Source of the DNA: Cetorhinus maximus
Taxonomy: Eukaryota
NCBI RefSeq assembly: GCF_964194155.1
Contig: NC_135894.1
Location: 60,078,001 to 60,142,000 of the forward strand
DNA length: 64,000 bases
Direction of reading: 5' to 3'
In this document: in pieces, positions 1 through 12,673 of the stretch
Layout: the number at the start of each line of letters is the position of its first letter
How positions within the stretch are numbered: position 1 is the first letter of the stretch
Notes under the pieces: generated by a model
Seen by the model: only the letters and a program-made list of their open reading frames with translations
Database searches by the model: none
What the model was told of the DNA's origin: nothing
Position numbers and translations under genes: made by a program

Positions 1-1169
1 TCTTGGGCTGAAGCACAGCATCCAAACAGACTTTTTGATCACTTTTTGTATCAATATAATTATTTTTAATGACCAATGTGCCTGGATTTCTAATTCATGC
101 TGGTCATTAACCCTTTTCTAATACTGCAGTCCCATTTAACATTTTTGCATCCAAATTGCAATGACTTTGGGAGACCTAAATGGTGTACTTCTATTGTGGC
201 AGGTAAAACAAAAAACTATATATAATTTTCCTCCTCGGGCATTGTTCATAATGAATTGGAGGACATGTTCTTTTATAACAATAAGTTTGTGCCATGTAGA
301 GAATAACACTGGGTGCAGTGATTTATACTAGCTTAATGTGGCTGACTTTAACTTGCCCAAGTCACAGTTAATAGGATGGAAACAGGGTCAAAAGTGGGTT
401 AGTAGACTTAGCACTCTTGCTAACACCAATGCTTCAGGTGCTGCCATTTTTAAAGGCAACTGGATTGCCTGCCTGTTACAGTAGGCCTCTTAGTGATGCA
501 AGTCAAGGTTCTGAGGCATAGTTAGGTCACGAATTGCAATTGAATAAGGCAAATATTTTGAGCACACACTTGTGTATGCCCTGCCCTTGTGTCCTGACAT
601 TGAATGGCTAATCAGTGGTCCTTAAAAGAGAACACTTATGGCTTCTCCAAAAACAACTCCAAAAAATTACAGGATTATATTTTTGGGGAGCAATATAAAG
701 CAGAAGTGCTCATCTTAGTTCCACAAAAATACTGTGGGTCGCTGTCATCCCAGGTTCATCTCCCTCTGCAGTCTCTTCCCCCTCCAAGACCTACTTCAAG
801 CCAGCATAACATCCAAACTACCCAATGCTGCATCAACCTTAAGTCAGAGAGGGGCAGCTAGCTTGCCAGGGTGATTTAAATGTTGCCTAAGCTCAAAATG
901 GCTCACGCCTCCATCTGGGTGCCCAAAAGTGAAAATCAGCTCAAGGGAGTGAAGAGCAAGTTCAGGTGAAAAAAGTTGGTAAGATAGGCATTTAGGTAAT
1001 TGGGCCATATTATGCAGACATAATTTGGTCCCCATTTTAAAGTCATTCTTATTTTTATGTTCACACTTAGCACTGAGGGTGGATAACAAAAAGATCTGTA
1101 GACTTTATAAATGACTGTTTCCTAACATAGCATGTTTGTGAGGAGACTAGGTTATGCATGAGCACAAGG

Positions 1170-1455
1170 GCATAAGAATTCGGAACAGGAGTAAGCCATT
1201 CTGCCCCTCGAGCCTGCTCCACCATTGGATACGATCATGGTTGATCTGACTGTAGCCTCAACTCCACGATCCTGTCCATGCCCCCATAACCCTTGACTCC
1301 CTTGTCGATCAAAGATCTATCTAACTCAGCCTTGAATATATTAATATATGGACCCAGCCTCCATTGCTCTCTGGGACGAGAATTACACAGGCTAATGACT
1401 CTCTGAGAGAAAAAAATTTCTCCTCATCTCAGTCTTAAATGGAAGACGCCTGTTT
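1170..1455 (-). mobile_element. CR1 LINE 3' fragment
   Basis: Similar to the 3' ends of the CR1 copies at 11660-12132 and 63084-63797 (cataagaa tail, gagcctgctccaccatt motif). Confidence 0.75.
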
Positions 1456-1460
1456 TAAGG

Positions 1461-1730
1461 TGTTGGATACCCTTCAGTAGGTCGTAATGAAGTCTTTGTA
1501 GTCTTAAGTAGGTTAACTGTATGTATTTATTAACTGCAACAACATGTACATCTATAGAGTAAAGGGATCAAGCTAGGAGCTGTCTCCATGCTTGCTTGTG
1601 AACACAGCTCTGTTCAACTCTGTTCAGACTAACGCCTAAGTGTGGGTCATGTGTTCTCTTACATCACTGTGTGGATGGTACTGAACTCAGTCCCACGTTA
1701 ACCTTATATGTGCCAGACCCTTATGTTACA
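1461..1730. mobile_element. Possible solo LTR
   Basis: TGTT...TACA ends and an AATAAA on the minus strand; it abuts a truncated CR1. No clean TSD. Confidence 0.3.
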
Positions 1731-1954
1731 TGGTGCATTGAGCAGTGTGAGAAATGTGTGAAATGGTGGGTCTGAGATGTGATTTACACATGCATTCACT
1801 CAACTTGACCGCCCAAATGAGATTATTAATTTTTCTCTGGCACTGCCTCCTTGTCCTGGGACCACACACTGGGCATTAATCACTGCTGCAATGTGCTCTC
1901 AATCCCTTTGGAGGCTGAGTCTTGAGTGTTTCCTCTCCCCCTGCTGAAAACATA

Positions 1955-2651
1955 GGGCAGAAATTTCCCTCCCTTGTGAGGGGAGGTTCAGGAGCGGGCA
2001 CACGGAGGCGCGCCTCCAATCGGCGCCGCGCTGCCATTTTACGTGGGCGGGCCAATTAAGGCCTGCCCAGCGTGACGTCCGCCAGGAAGTGCTACGCGCT
2101 CCCTGTATGGGCGGGGGGGGGGGGAGAATCCCTCAGCCGAGAGTTCTCGTGCATGCGCACAAAAGAGCGCACTCATCTCCCTGAGGCTAAGTGCTGCCTC
2201 AGGGAGATCGGCTGTACGTTAAAAAATAAAAAATATTAGAAATAGAGAAAAAAAAATTCCCTGACATGTCCCCTCATGTGGCACTGTCACATGAATTTGG
2301 ACATGTCCATAACTTTTACATACACTTTAATTAAATTTTTTAAAACCTACATGAAACCTCATCCCACCTGTGGATGAGGTTTCATGTTTTTTATGAAGCC
2401 CGCCAGGGCTCCTGGCCTGCCCGCCAACCTTAAGGTTGTACGGGCAGGTCCATTAATTACTTAAATGACTCTGTCAATGGCCTCAATTGGCCATTGACAG
2501 GTCAGCGGGCGCACAGCTGATTTTGCTGAGCCCCCACCTACCTGAAAATTTAGATGGGGCGCGGTGATGCCGGGAGTTTCGCCCGACGTCACCACGTGTC
2601 ATTTTACGCGTAGGTGAGCGGGCCCCGCCCCCCGATGGGAAAATCCTGGCC
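1955..2651 (+). mobile_element. Harbinger-type MITE, family A (697 bp)
   Basis: TIRs gggcagaaattt / aaaatcctggcc and 3-bp TSD ATA; colinear with the copies at 10906 and 17892. Confidence 0.9.
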
Positions 2652-3397
2652 ATAGTTTCCTCCCTGCCTTCACCTCTCTGAATCATGCACCCAGGATGGC
2701 ATCACTCAAACAGGGATCCTCTCCTTCCCCTGGTGTGCCATCCTCCTTTTCCCTTAGTGTAAAATGTGATTATTCAGTAGCCTGCAGTGCATTACTCCAA
2801 CTTTAAAAAGGGAAAGCTGCCTACGGCATGAGGTTTTTTCTCAATGCTACTCATCACCCTACAATGCATGGAGGATGCCAGCATCACTGAGTCCGGGACT
2901 ACACAAGAGGCTCTCAAGTCCACACCACTATCAGGGAAATGAGGTGGGTGAACAAATTTTGTGTCTTACCCACCTTGTTTCACATGGGTTGCATGTGGCT
3001 TGCTGCCCCACATGCCCAAAAATCAAAGTGAATGAATTTCGCGCCCAACAAGTTTAAATAGGCAGTTACCATTATAAATGTGGACCATGGAATTTATGAC
3101 TGAAAAAGCTAAAAGGAACTGTGCACAGACATAACATTTTTCTTTAACATGTCAGTAGTCAATCTCCTTTAGTATTGCACGTGGGAAGTCAAGGTGAAGT
3201 GGGGTCCAAGGACAGGGGCTAATAGGACTGGTGCCAGAGGCAGAAGTTAAAGTAGAATGAAGATAAAGGGATTAGAGCCCAGGATGGAAACAGAGGAGGA
3301 TTAGAGACTGAGGTGGGAAAAGACAGAGCAGGGTTGGAGGCTGAGGGTGAGAGAGGGGTTGGGGAAGGAGAGAAGATAACAATTTTGTAAACACGTA

Positions 3398-4483
3398 GGC
3401 CAAGATTTTGCCCTTGTCGGGTGGGCTCAGCAGGGGTGAGCGGGAGCGGTCGGAAAGCCGACCACCGCCCGCGATCCAGCCACAACCGTGATTTCACACT
3501 GGTGAGCCAATTAAGGCCCCATCAGCGTGAAACGTGTGCTGCTGCACTCAAAGCGCTGCCTGTGTGTGTGGGGGTGGGGGGGGGTGGTTGGGGGGGGCAA
3601 GCATGGAAGTTTGAAGTTTGTGCATACACGCGAGTGCGTGCAGGAAAAGCTCCCTGAGGCACAGAGCTGCCTCAGGGAGGTGAAGATTTTTGAGAAATAA
3701 AAATAAAGAATTTGGAATTGTTAAAAAACATGTCCCCTCATGTGACTCACATGAGCAGGGACATAGAACCATAGAAAAGTTACAGCACAGAAGGAAGCTA
3801 TTTGGCCTATCTTGTCCATGCCAGCCCAAGGACACCCACATGCCCTTTCTAATCCCACCTTCCTGCACCCGGCCCATAGCCCTGCAGCTTACAGCACTTA
3901 AGGTGCAGATCCAGGTACTTTTTAAAAGAGTTTAGAGTTTTTGCCTCTACCACCAACTTGGGCAGCAAATTCCAGACACCTACTACCCTCTGTGTAAAAA
4001 AGTTCTTCCTCATGTCCCCCCTACACCTTCTGCCACTTATCTTGAATTTATGTGCCCTGGTTGTAGAATTCTCCACCAAGGGAAACAATTTTATCCTGTC
4101 CACTCTATCTATTCCCCTCATAATTTTGTACACCTCAATCAAGTCACTTCATGTTATGAATTAAATGTTAAATTTTTTACTTAATTTTTAATTGCTGCTG
4201 GAAACTTCATCCTGCCCGTGGTTGAGGTTTCCTAAAAAATGCAAACATCGCTTAGCCTTTTTGCCTGCCCGCCAACTGTAAGGTTGGACGGGCAGCAAAA
4301 AATTTAATTCAGTTAGGTCTTTAGTGGTCTTAATTGGCCTGTTAATTGTCAGCTAGGGCGCTGCTAACTCCAGCATGCGCCCGCCAACCAAATTATCGCA
4401 TGATGACATAGGGACACTCACCCAATCAGTTTACGCTCGTTTGGATCGGGCACGCGCCCCGCAACAAATGCAACATTCTGGCC
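3398..4483 (+). mobile_element. Harbinger-type MITE, family A variant, interrupted by CR1
   Basis: TIRs ggccaagatttt / aacattctggcc, flanks GTA/ATA, same internal hairpins as family A. Confidence 0.85.
3765..4149 (-). mobile_element. CR1 LINE 3' fragment nested in the MITE
   Basis: ORF 3849-4142 (LIEVYKIMRGIDRVD...RKNFFTQRVVGVWNLLP) is the CR1 ORF2 C-terminus; catagaa tail; CAT duplicated at the junctions. Confidence 0.9.
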
Positions 4484-5971
4484 ATAAAGTATTCAATTAA
4501 AAGGGCATTTGAATATAAACAGACATTGATTATAGGACTCTATATATTCTACCCAGGTTGAAAGAGGGAAGGAGATAGGGAATGGGTGGAGTATGCAAAG
4601 GAGACACTAAGGAAAAGGGAGCTGAGAGGTGAAGGAGTGAGAGGAGAGAAAAACAAACTTGGAAAGGAGGCAATGGGCTAGAGGAGAGAGGTAAAGGCTT
4701 AAGCAAGAGGTGAGGGAGGATGAAAGGGAATGGGAAAGAGAAATGAGTAGATGATGGGAATGAAGAGGTGTAAAGTGTTTAGGTCCCTTCGCAACCCCGG
4801 TCAAAAATTGAATAGATATACTGAACCTAGTGAGAAATACACAACAATTTTGAAAATGGTAGCCCAGTTATTCATATTTAAGAACAACCCATTTAATTGC
4901 TGTGAAGTAGCTTTAGAAATTTCACTGCAGCAGTTCAAGCACTTGCTGCATTAAATCACTAAACACCATACAGAGTATTTATAGATCTACATAAACATAG
5001 ATTGCAAAAAGGACAGATCACATTGATGGACTCTGTCAACCTAATATTCATGATCCTAGGATGAACAATGCATAGCTAAGCAACTACAGATTAAAGTGCC
5101 TTTTGACACCAATCAACCTCAATGTATTTTGTTGACAACAGCTTCAAAATTTTGATTTCTGAATAATCATAGTTGATCTGTCTTCAGTTACATTAGTAGG
5201 CTTCCTCTCTTGGGTATCAAGTTTAATCAGTTCTCGATTTTCTTGTCCCCTTCTGACAAAATTAATTTTTGATCACAGAAAAGAGCTTATACTCTGGCTA
5301 CTTCAGAAAAATTATAATTGACAAAATTTCAGATTCTATGGCTGTGATTCTTCCATGGTGGAGTTCATGCCTGAAATGTTATCATGAATGCTGGACTTTA
5401 CAAGACCGTTTTTGTTTTAAACTGTCTCCTTTTATTCAATGTAAAATGGAGCAGTTTGGAAAGCGGGATGCGACTTCATTTTAAATCTGCCCAGAGACAA
5501 ACCTGTGTGTCATGATTGCTCTGGAGAGAGAAACTCAAATTGGAACTTATTCAAAGTATGGTGCAAGTTGTAACATCTTGACACAAAGGAGGAAGCAGCT
5601 GATTGTGTTGCTGCATAGACTCACACTGTCAGAGTCAGTCAGGCTGAAAGATTAAGGGGAGAAGACCCACAGCAGTACTGCTATGCCAGGCAGGAAAGAA
5701 AGACTGATTTTGAGTTAACCGCCAAACAGAGTGCTGTTGAGAACAGATCCCTGCTTTGGAAAAATTAGACTTGTGAAGAGTTAAAGACCACAGAATGAGG
5801 TACGGTGACCTGATTTTCAAAAGTCTAAAAGCCAGCTTACATTGCAAAGCCATGGGAAGGAGGGGATCCATGATGATTAACATGTTGGGCTACCAAAGGC
5901 AAAAGTCTGGAGGAGGGGCAGTTGATGGTGGGAGGCCATGTGATGACATCTCCTAGAATATGTCCAGAGTG

Positions 5972-6955
5972 TTTTTTAATTCATTTACGGGAGGTGGGCG
6001 TCACTGGCTAAGCCAGCAATTATTTCCCATCCCTAATTGTCCTTGTGAAGGTGGTGGTGTGCTGCTTTCATAAACCACTGCAGTTCCTGTGGTGTTGGTA
6101 CACCCACAGTGCTGTTAGGGAGGGAGTTCCAGGATTTTGACTCAATGATAGTGAAGGAACGGCGATACATTTCCAAGTCAGGATGGTGAGTGGCTTGGAA
6201 GCGAACTTCCAAGCGGTAGTGTTCCCATGTGTCTTTTTGCCCTTGTCCTTATAGATGGTAGTGGTTGTGGGTTTGGAAGGTGTTGCCTAAGGAGCCTTGG
6301 TGAGTTTCTGCTGTACAGATGGTACATACTGTTGCCACTGTGTGTCAGTATGGAGGGAATGAATGTTTGTGGAAGGGGTGCCAATCAAGCAGGCTACTTT
6401 GTCCTGGATGGTGTCAAACTTCTTGAGTGTTGTTGGAACTGCACTCATCTGGGCAAGTGGAGAGTATTCCATCACACTCCTGACATGTGCATTGGAGATG
6501 GTGGACAGGCTTCAGGGAGTCAGGAGGTGAGTTACTCACTGCAGGATTCCTAGCCTCTGACCTGCTTTTGTGATCACAGTATTTATATGATTAGTCCAGT
6601 TCAGGTTCTGGTCAATGGTAACCCTCAGGATGTTGATAGTGGGGGATTCAGCAATGGTAATGCCATTGAATGTCAAGGGGCGATGGTTAAATTCTCTCTT
6701 GTTGGAGACGGTCATTGCCTGGGACTTGTGTGGCACGAATGTTACTTGCCGCTTGTCATCCCAAGCCTGGATATTACCCAAGTCTTGCTGCATTTGGACA
6801 TGGACTGCTTCAGTATCTGAGGAGTTGTGAATGGTGCTGATCATTGTGCAATCATCAGCAAACATCCCCACTTCTGACCTTATGTTAAAAGGAAGGTCAT
6901 TGATGAAGCAGCTGAAGATGGTTGGGCCTAGGACACTGCCCTAAGGAACTCCTAT
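5972..6955 (-). mobile_element. Non-LTR retrotransposon (CR1/L2 group) 3' kb, decayed RT
   Basis: Frameshifted RT peptides MFADDCT...QQDL..IQAW and MMEYSPLA...DTIQDK. The 3' tail is shared with other copies and with the SINE at 33017. Confidence 0.88.
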
Positions 6956-7659
6956 TCCGTAGATCATTTAAAAGGTGTCATTAGCAATGGAGGTTAGCGC
7001 TAAAAAGGTAGTGATAACTCCCTTGGAGACATCAAGGGAGTAGTGGGAGAGGGATACAGGTCTGCTGCATGCAATGCAATGTGATGTGACGGGTGTCTAC
7101 AGAAAGAACGACAAAATTTCACACAGACTTTCTCCCTCCAGGCCCAGTTTATATTTGACAAAAAGGGAAAAGGTGAAAACCAGGACATTTGAACTATCTT
7201 TAGGAAATTGTCGGAACACCGAGACATTTAATGCAAAACTGGGATTACTCCAGCAAAATCCTAACCAGAGGGTGCCTTGCTACTGGAAATCCATTTGATT
7301 ATGCTCAAAGAATTAGGACTAAGTGAAAGAGATTTTTTTTAAAAAGACACTGGAAGATTCACCCTAGTGGGGCAAGGAGAAAATTGCTGATCAGGCATTA
7401 ACTGGGTGTCAAAAATTGGATTACTCTAAAGAATGGAAGGATGTGTGAGGTTGCAACATCAGGACACAGAGCCCTCATGTTTACTGATTCCTCCACGAAA
7501 ATAAGGCAAAGGTAGCAGCCAATCTTTGGCACCAAACGACAAAGGCCAACAGATGAAATGATGTACCTTTAGTAGAAGGATTTGACTGAGTTGTACCTGC
7601 AGCAATCCTCACACAATTGCTTATTTCAGCAAGAATTTCAATGACTTCTTCAAAATAGT

Positions 7660-7850
7660 GGCATAGGTTCTTTATATGTTCACCTAAGTGGGCAGTCGAG
7701 GCCTTGGTTTAACACTCATCCAAAAGACAGCACCTCCATCAGTGCAACACGCTCACTACTGAAATGAAGAGGTGTCAGCCTAGATTTTGTCCTCAAGTCC
7801 CTAGCGTGAGATTGACCCTATGATAGGTGATAATGCTACTACTGAACCAC
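7660..7850 (-). mobile_element. DeuSINE-like (SacSINE1-like) fragment
   Basis: The reverse complement has a Deu-domain-like core (gttgcactgatggaggtgctgtcttttggatgagtgttaaacc), related to the copy at 19400. Confidence 0.6.
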
Positions 7851-9711
7851 AATGAATGAGTAAGAAGTGGATTGGAGGATGGGGGGGGAAGAAGAGGAGG
7901 GGAGGGGAGACGAAAGAGGGGTAGTAAAAGGGAGGGAGGATGTAAATAAAAGATATGAAGGGAATAGAGCGGTGAAGCAGAAGGAAGGTGGGGTAAGGGG
8001 AGAAGAGAGAAGGATGATGAGGAGGCTAGAGAAGGAAAAGGTTGAAAAAATTAGGAAGGAGGAAACTACACCAATGAATAAGAGGATATGCCTCAGTGGG
8101 ATAGATACATTGTGAGTTCAGAGCTGTATCTCTGTGTTGGGTTGGGGGTGAATATACTACAAGACCAGTGTAGTAATTAGAAAGAAATGATTGTTGCCAG
8201 GGTAAGAGTTGAATGTTGGACAATAAGGCAGCCAGATGAATGAATGGATTGAGAGGTGGGGTGGAGGAGTTGAGGTGGGAGGTAGGGAACGGTGGCGCTG
8301 GTGTGTTGTTGAACATATGCAGGCAGCCAAAATTTCAAGTGCCTGAGGGAATTGAGATTTTAGTCAGGTAAAGTATATTTGGGGTAAGTCTCTGACTCAA
8401 GAACTTGTCATGGCACAGCTTTGTAAATATTCCCAGATGGCACTAAATATGGCTACGGGGAGGACATAATGTATCATTAATGATCACCTTCATTACAGAC
8501 TGTAGCCTTGCAGCCTTGCAAATAAAACTACGGATTTAGGAATCTGTGTCCTTCCAAAAGAAGAAAATCTTCCTCAAGTTAAAGATGAGGCCACAAAGCA
8601 ACCTTTGAGATCAGGAGAAGATTGAGGGTGATCTGATCGAGGTGCTAAAAATAATTCAATAGGCCTAAGCCTTTGATGGAAGTTTGGTTTGTGCCTGTTG
8701 TCTTTCACAAACCTGCCAATGCCCTCATCTTTAGCAACCTGCTCCATATTACTCATCATTGAACTTCACCCTCATGAAATGGTTCTACTGCAACAACCAC
8801 ACAATTTGTAAAGATCCAAAATACAGTTGAGCCATTACTGCCCTTGACATACATTACATTATGATTCAATGGGGGGAATATGACCCCACAAACTATCTGA
8901 AATAGAGTGAAATCACAACGGGAAAAGACAAAAGGTGCAGGCAGTGACACTTATGGCCCAGACTAGATTTTCTTTAACTCCGTTCCTTCTACTGCTGCAC
9001 CTGCTACTGCCTCCTCCTTCTCCACCCACTGTAACAATGCACTTTCTGAATCCTACCACCACAGTTCACATGGTGATAGGTCCCGTGAAGGAGTAGCAGA
9101 TGCTCAGATTTCCCCAAATGGGAGGAGAAGGCTTTTTAGTTGCTGCTTCTTCATCTGATTAGCAAGAAAGACTTACCTGCTGAATGACTTAGTCTTGGTC
9201 AAGGTCTCCAACAAGAATCTTCTTTTCAATTTGGAGTGGGCTTCTACCCTTTTAAGGTTCTTTGTTGCTTATTTCAGTGATGTGTGGCAACGATGCTGCA
9301 GCACCATCAGGATTTGGATCTTTGCTCCCTCTTGATGGCAAGATCCTGGCAGGAGCCTGCCATGCAGCTATAACAAGCTTTGCCAGAGCATTACATCACC
9401 AAAACTTCCCTTTGCAATAAATTCACCCCCATTATGTCTGACACAGCATTGTCCATGATCCTGACTCACAAACGAATGATTAAAAACTAACATAATTTTT
9501 ATTTCTTTCATTAGTATAAAGTCTACTGAAGAGAAATTAACACTGATCTATGATCTTTGTATGTGACAAATGAACAATTTAAACAGCCTTACTGAGTTAA
9601 CTAAACAGCTGAAGCTAAAACCTAAAGAGAGCTTTTGGCACTAGTTTAAAGTAACTAAACTCTTATAAAACTATCGTGGCAGCTGAGATGCAAGAAAAGA
9701 AACAAAATCAT

Positions 9712-10707
9712 GGCCTGAATTTTACTCTTGGCGGATGGGTCCAATCGGCGGGTCCGCAACCGGTCAGGAAACAGGCTGCTGCCCGCGGTGGACCCCCAAC
9801 CGCGATTTCATGCTGGTTGACCAACTAAGGCCTGCCCAGCATGAAACGCATCTTCCCAATGGTCGGGAAGGGCTGTGTGGGGGCGGGGGCCTGTCAGCCA
9901 CCAGGTCCAATGGCCACCCGGAGGCCAGTTTAAAAATGGCACAGGTAGCTCCTGGAAGGCTGCACGGGAAGAACATATTTGCAGCATTCTGGACACTGAG
10001 GTTATGGCCTCAAGTGCGGCTGGCGATGCCAGGCAGGTCGGGTGGACACTTCCCCCCCACCCAATTTTTGGATGAGTGCCTCAAGACCCTGCTGGAGGAG
10101 GTGGCTGCCAAGAGGGACACCCTTGTACCATTGGGTGGAAGGAGGAGGCCAGCACACCAAACAAAAAGAGCTTGGGAGGAGTTGGCAGTGCGGGACAGGA
10201 GCCATGACGTTGTGCAGTGCACATGGGTGCAGTGCCGCTAGAGGTTTAATGACCTGCTGAGCTCCAGATGGGTGAGTACCCGTCTTGGCATGGATCAGCG
10301 TGGTGAAGTGTTAAGGTGTGGCCATCCCCCCGTGGATCTCATGGGTGTTAGAGTCTGAGATGAAGCTGTCACATTCAAATACGCAACCAGCAGCAAACTA
10401 TCTCCTAAACTCCTCACTGCTCACAATGGCAATAATTGCTGATCCTTTTTATCTTGCCCTTGGGTGAGGTTTTGCCCGCCTGCCTGTGCAGCCAGTGCAA
10501 AATCGCATGGGCAAAATCGAGTTCGAATGTGTTTTTAATGGCCTTAAGCGGCCTCTTAATAGATGGTGGGCGCAGGTCCGACACCCATGCGCGCCCGCCA
10601 ACCTGAAGATTGCGTGCGTGCGGGATGATCGTCTGATGTCTTCGCGCGCTATTTTATGCCCAATCAGGTTGGGTGTGCACCCGCCTGCGAGGCGTAAAAT
10701 TCTGCCC
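9712..10707 (+). mobile_element. Non-autonomous Harbinger deletion derivative retaining Myb exon 1
   Basis: TIRs ggcctgaatttt / aaaattctgccc and TSD CAT. Encodes FLDECLKTLLEEV...KRAWEELA...WVQCR*RFNDLL followed by a G|gtgagt donor; homologous to 39364-39643. Confidence 0.88.
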
Positions 10708-10905
10708 CATTTTTTTTTAACCAACCACTGATAAAAGCAGAGATCATAACTTTTTATTGCATTTACTATTTAATTATCTTAAGATAATAAAAAGCTGTGT
10801 ATTATTTCCTAATGCATGTTCCGTGCATCTAAGTAATCTGCGATTACCCACACAAGTGACAATATCAATATAAAACTGTAATACTACAAGATCAGAGAAC
10901 ATCAT

Positions 10906-11602
10906 GGGCAGAATTTTGCCCTTGATGGGCGGGCAGGCCCCACCAGCTCGGCGGCGGGTGGCCAGCCGACCCCCGCCGCCAAAATGGGGCCCACCGCCAT
11001 TTTGAATGGGCGGGCCAATTAAGGCCCGCCCTGCGGCCTACCCGACAGGAAACGCTAAGCGCTTCCTGTTCCGGGGGGGTTAGGGATTCCCCAACTGTCA
11101 AAGTGCGCTCTTTCGCACATGCACGGACATCTCCCTGAGACTAAGTGCTGTCTCAGGGAGATTACTGACAGTCTAAAAAACTTTAAAAATAGAAAAATAA
11201 ATTATTAACATGTCCCCCTCATGTGACAATGTCACACGAGATGGGACATGTTAATAAGAAGCACAGAAACTTTATTAAAGTTTTTAAAAACAGACATGAA
11301 ACGTCATCCCGCCAGTGGATGAGGTTTCATGTATTATCAGAAGCCCGCTGGGGCTCCTGGCCTGCCCGTCAACCTTAAGGTTGGATGGGCAGGGTCTTTA
11401 ATTATCTTAATTATCCTGTCAATGGCCTCAATTGGCCATTGGCAGGTTGGCGGGCGGACAACTGATTTCGCTGTCTGCCCGCCTTCCTAAAGATTTAAAT
11501 GGGGCAGGATGACGCCGGGGGTTCCCCCCAATGTCATCCCGCGTCATTTTTGCATCGGCGAGCGGGCCCCGCCCCCAAATTGCCAACGGGAAAATTCTGG
11601 CC
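10906..11602 (+). mobile_element. Harbinger-type MITE, family A (697 bp)
   Basis: TIRs gggcagaatttt / aaaattctggcc and TSD CAT. Confidence 0.92.
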
Positions 11603-11659
11603 CATGAATTAAATAAACCAAAATGGTATTATTTACATTATTGTGGATCTTATTGTGCA

Positions 11660-12132
11660 ACAAATGTTCACTAAATTAATTCCTGGGATGGAGGGATTGT
11701 CCTATGAGGAAAGATTAAATAGACGGGGCATTTATTCTCTGGAGTTTAGAAGAATGAGAGGTGATCTCATTCAAACATACAACATACCTACACGGCTCAA
11801 CAGGGTAAATGCAGGAAGAAAGTTATGTCTAGAACCAGGGGTCAAAGTCTCAAAATAAGGGGTAGGCCATATAGGACTGAGGTGAGGAGGAATCTCTACT
11901 CAGAGGGTGGTGAATCTTTGGAAATCTTTGCACAAGAGGGATGTGGAGGCTCACTCATTGAGTATGTTCAAGACTAAGATGGATAGATTTATACATATTA
12001 AAAACATTAAGTGATATGGGAGTGGTACAGGAAAATGTTGTTGAAGTAGATCAGCCATGATTTCATTGAATGGCAGAGCGGGCTCAAGGGGCTGAATGGC
12101 CTACTCCTGCTCTTATTTCTTATGTTCTTATG
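11660..12132 (+). mobile_element. CR1 LINE 3' fragment
   Basis: LIPGMEGLSYEERL...YSLEFRRMRGDLIQTY peptide and a ttcttatgttcttatg tail. Confidence 0.9.
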
Positions 12133-12489
12133 CGAATTATATAATCAAAAAGCAAAATATTGCAGGAAGTTCATTGGAAATTGAGAAAACCACACTCCAA
12201 TTACAAGATGAATTCTTTGAAACACAGGGAATATTTTCAACCCATGCCAGTTTGTTGGAAGTAATTTCAACTGCACATGATTAACATCTGCTGCTTTATA
12301 AATGCTGTCGACGAAAGAAGCAAGGCACAAAACTACTGCCTGAAAATATAATGAAAGCATTCAATATCCATTGTAAATTTATTTGTCATAAATGGTAAAC
12401 ATTAATTGATATCCAGTAATTATAGATCAAACTTTTTGAAGTAAATTGGCTAAATAAGCCTAAATAATAAAATATATTTCACACGTTAC

Positions 12490-12673
12490 CTGTTTCACTC
12501 AAGTTCTGAATTCCACGTGTCTCTTGTAACTTAGCAGTCACCCTACGTCGTTTGGTTACAGGAATTGATATTTTATCTGGACTTTCAAAGTTCCCTGGCA
12601 TGGATACTTCGACAGAGTAGTCAATACTTTTTGGCCCTGTGCAATCTGTTCTCATGGAGTGAAGCATCTTTTT
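12490..12673 (-). CDS. CFAP47: CFAP47 internal exon, KKMLHSMRTDCTGPKSIDYSVEVSMPGNFESPDKISIPVTKRRRVTAKLQETRGIQNLSET
   Basis: Acceptor ttttatttgaacag (phase 0, fits the previous exon) and donor CAG|gtaacg; 184 nt. Matches the recalled PK.V.Y..EVSLP..F.IP.KISIP motif. Confidence 0.88.

Noticed and set aside
7860-8070. Charged 82-aa ORF
   Set aside because: Purine-rich low-complexity DNA, like 3270-3380 and 4560-4770.
12145-12340. Good acceptor (attttcag) 150 nt after the 12490 donor as the next CFAP47 exon
   Set aside because: The required phase hits a stop after ~14 codons and lacks the expected GRYPC-like motif; the next exon is probably outside the window.
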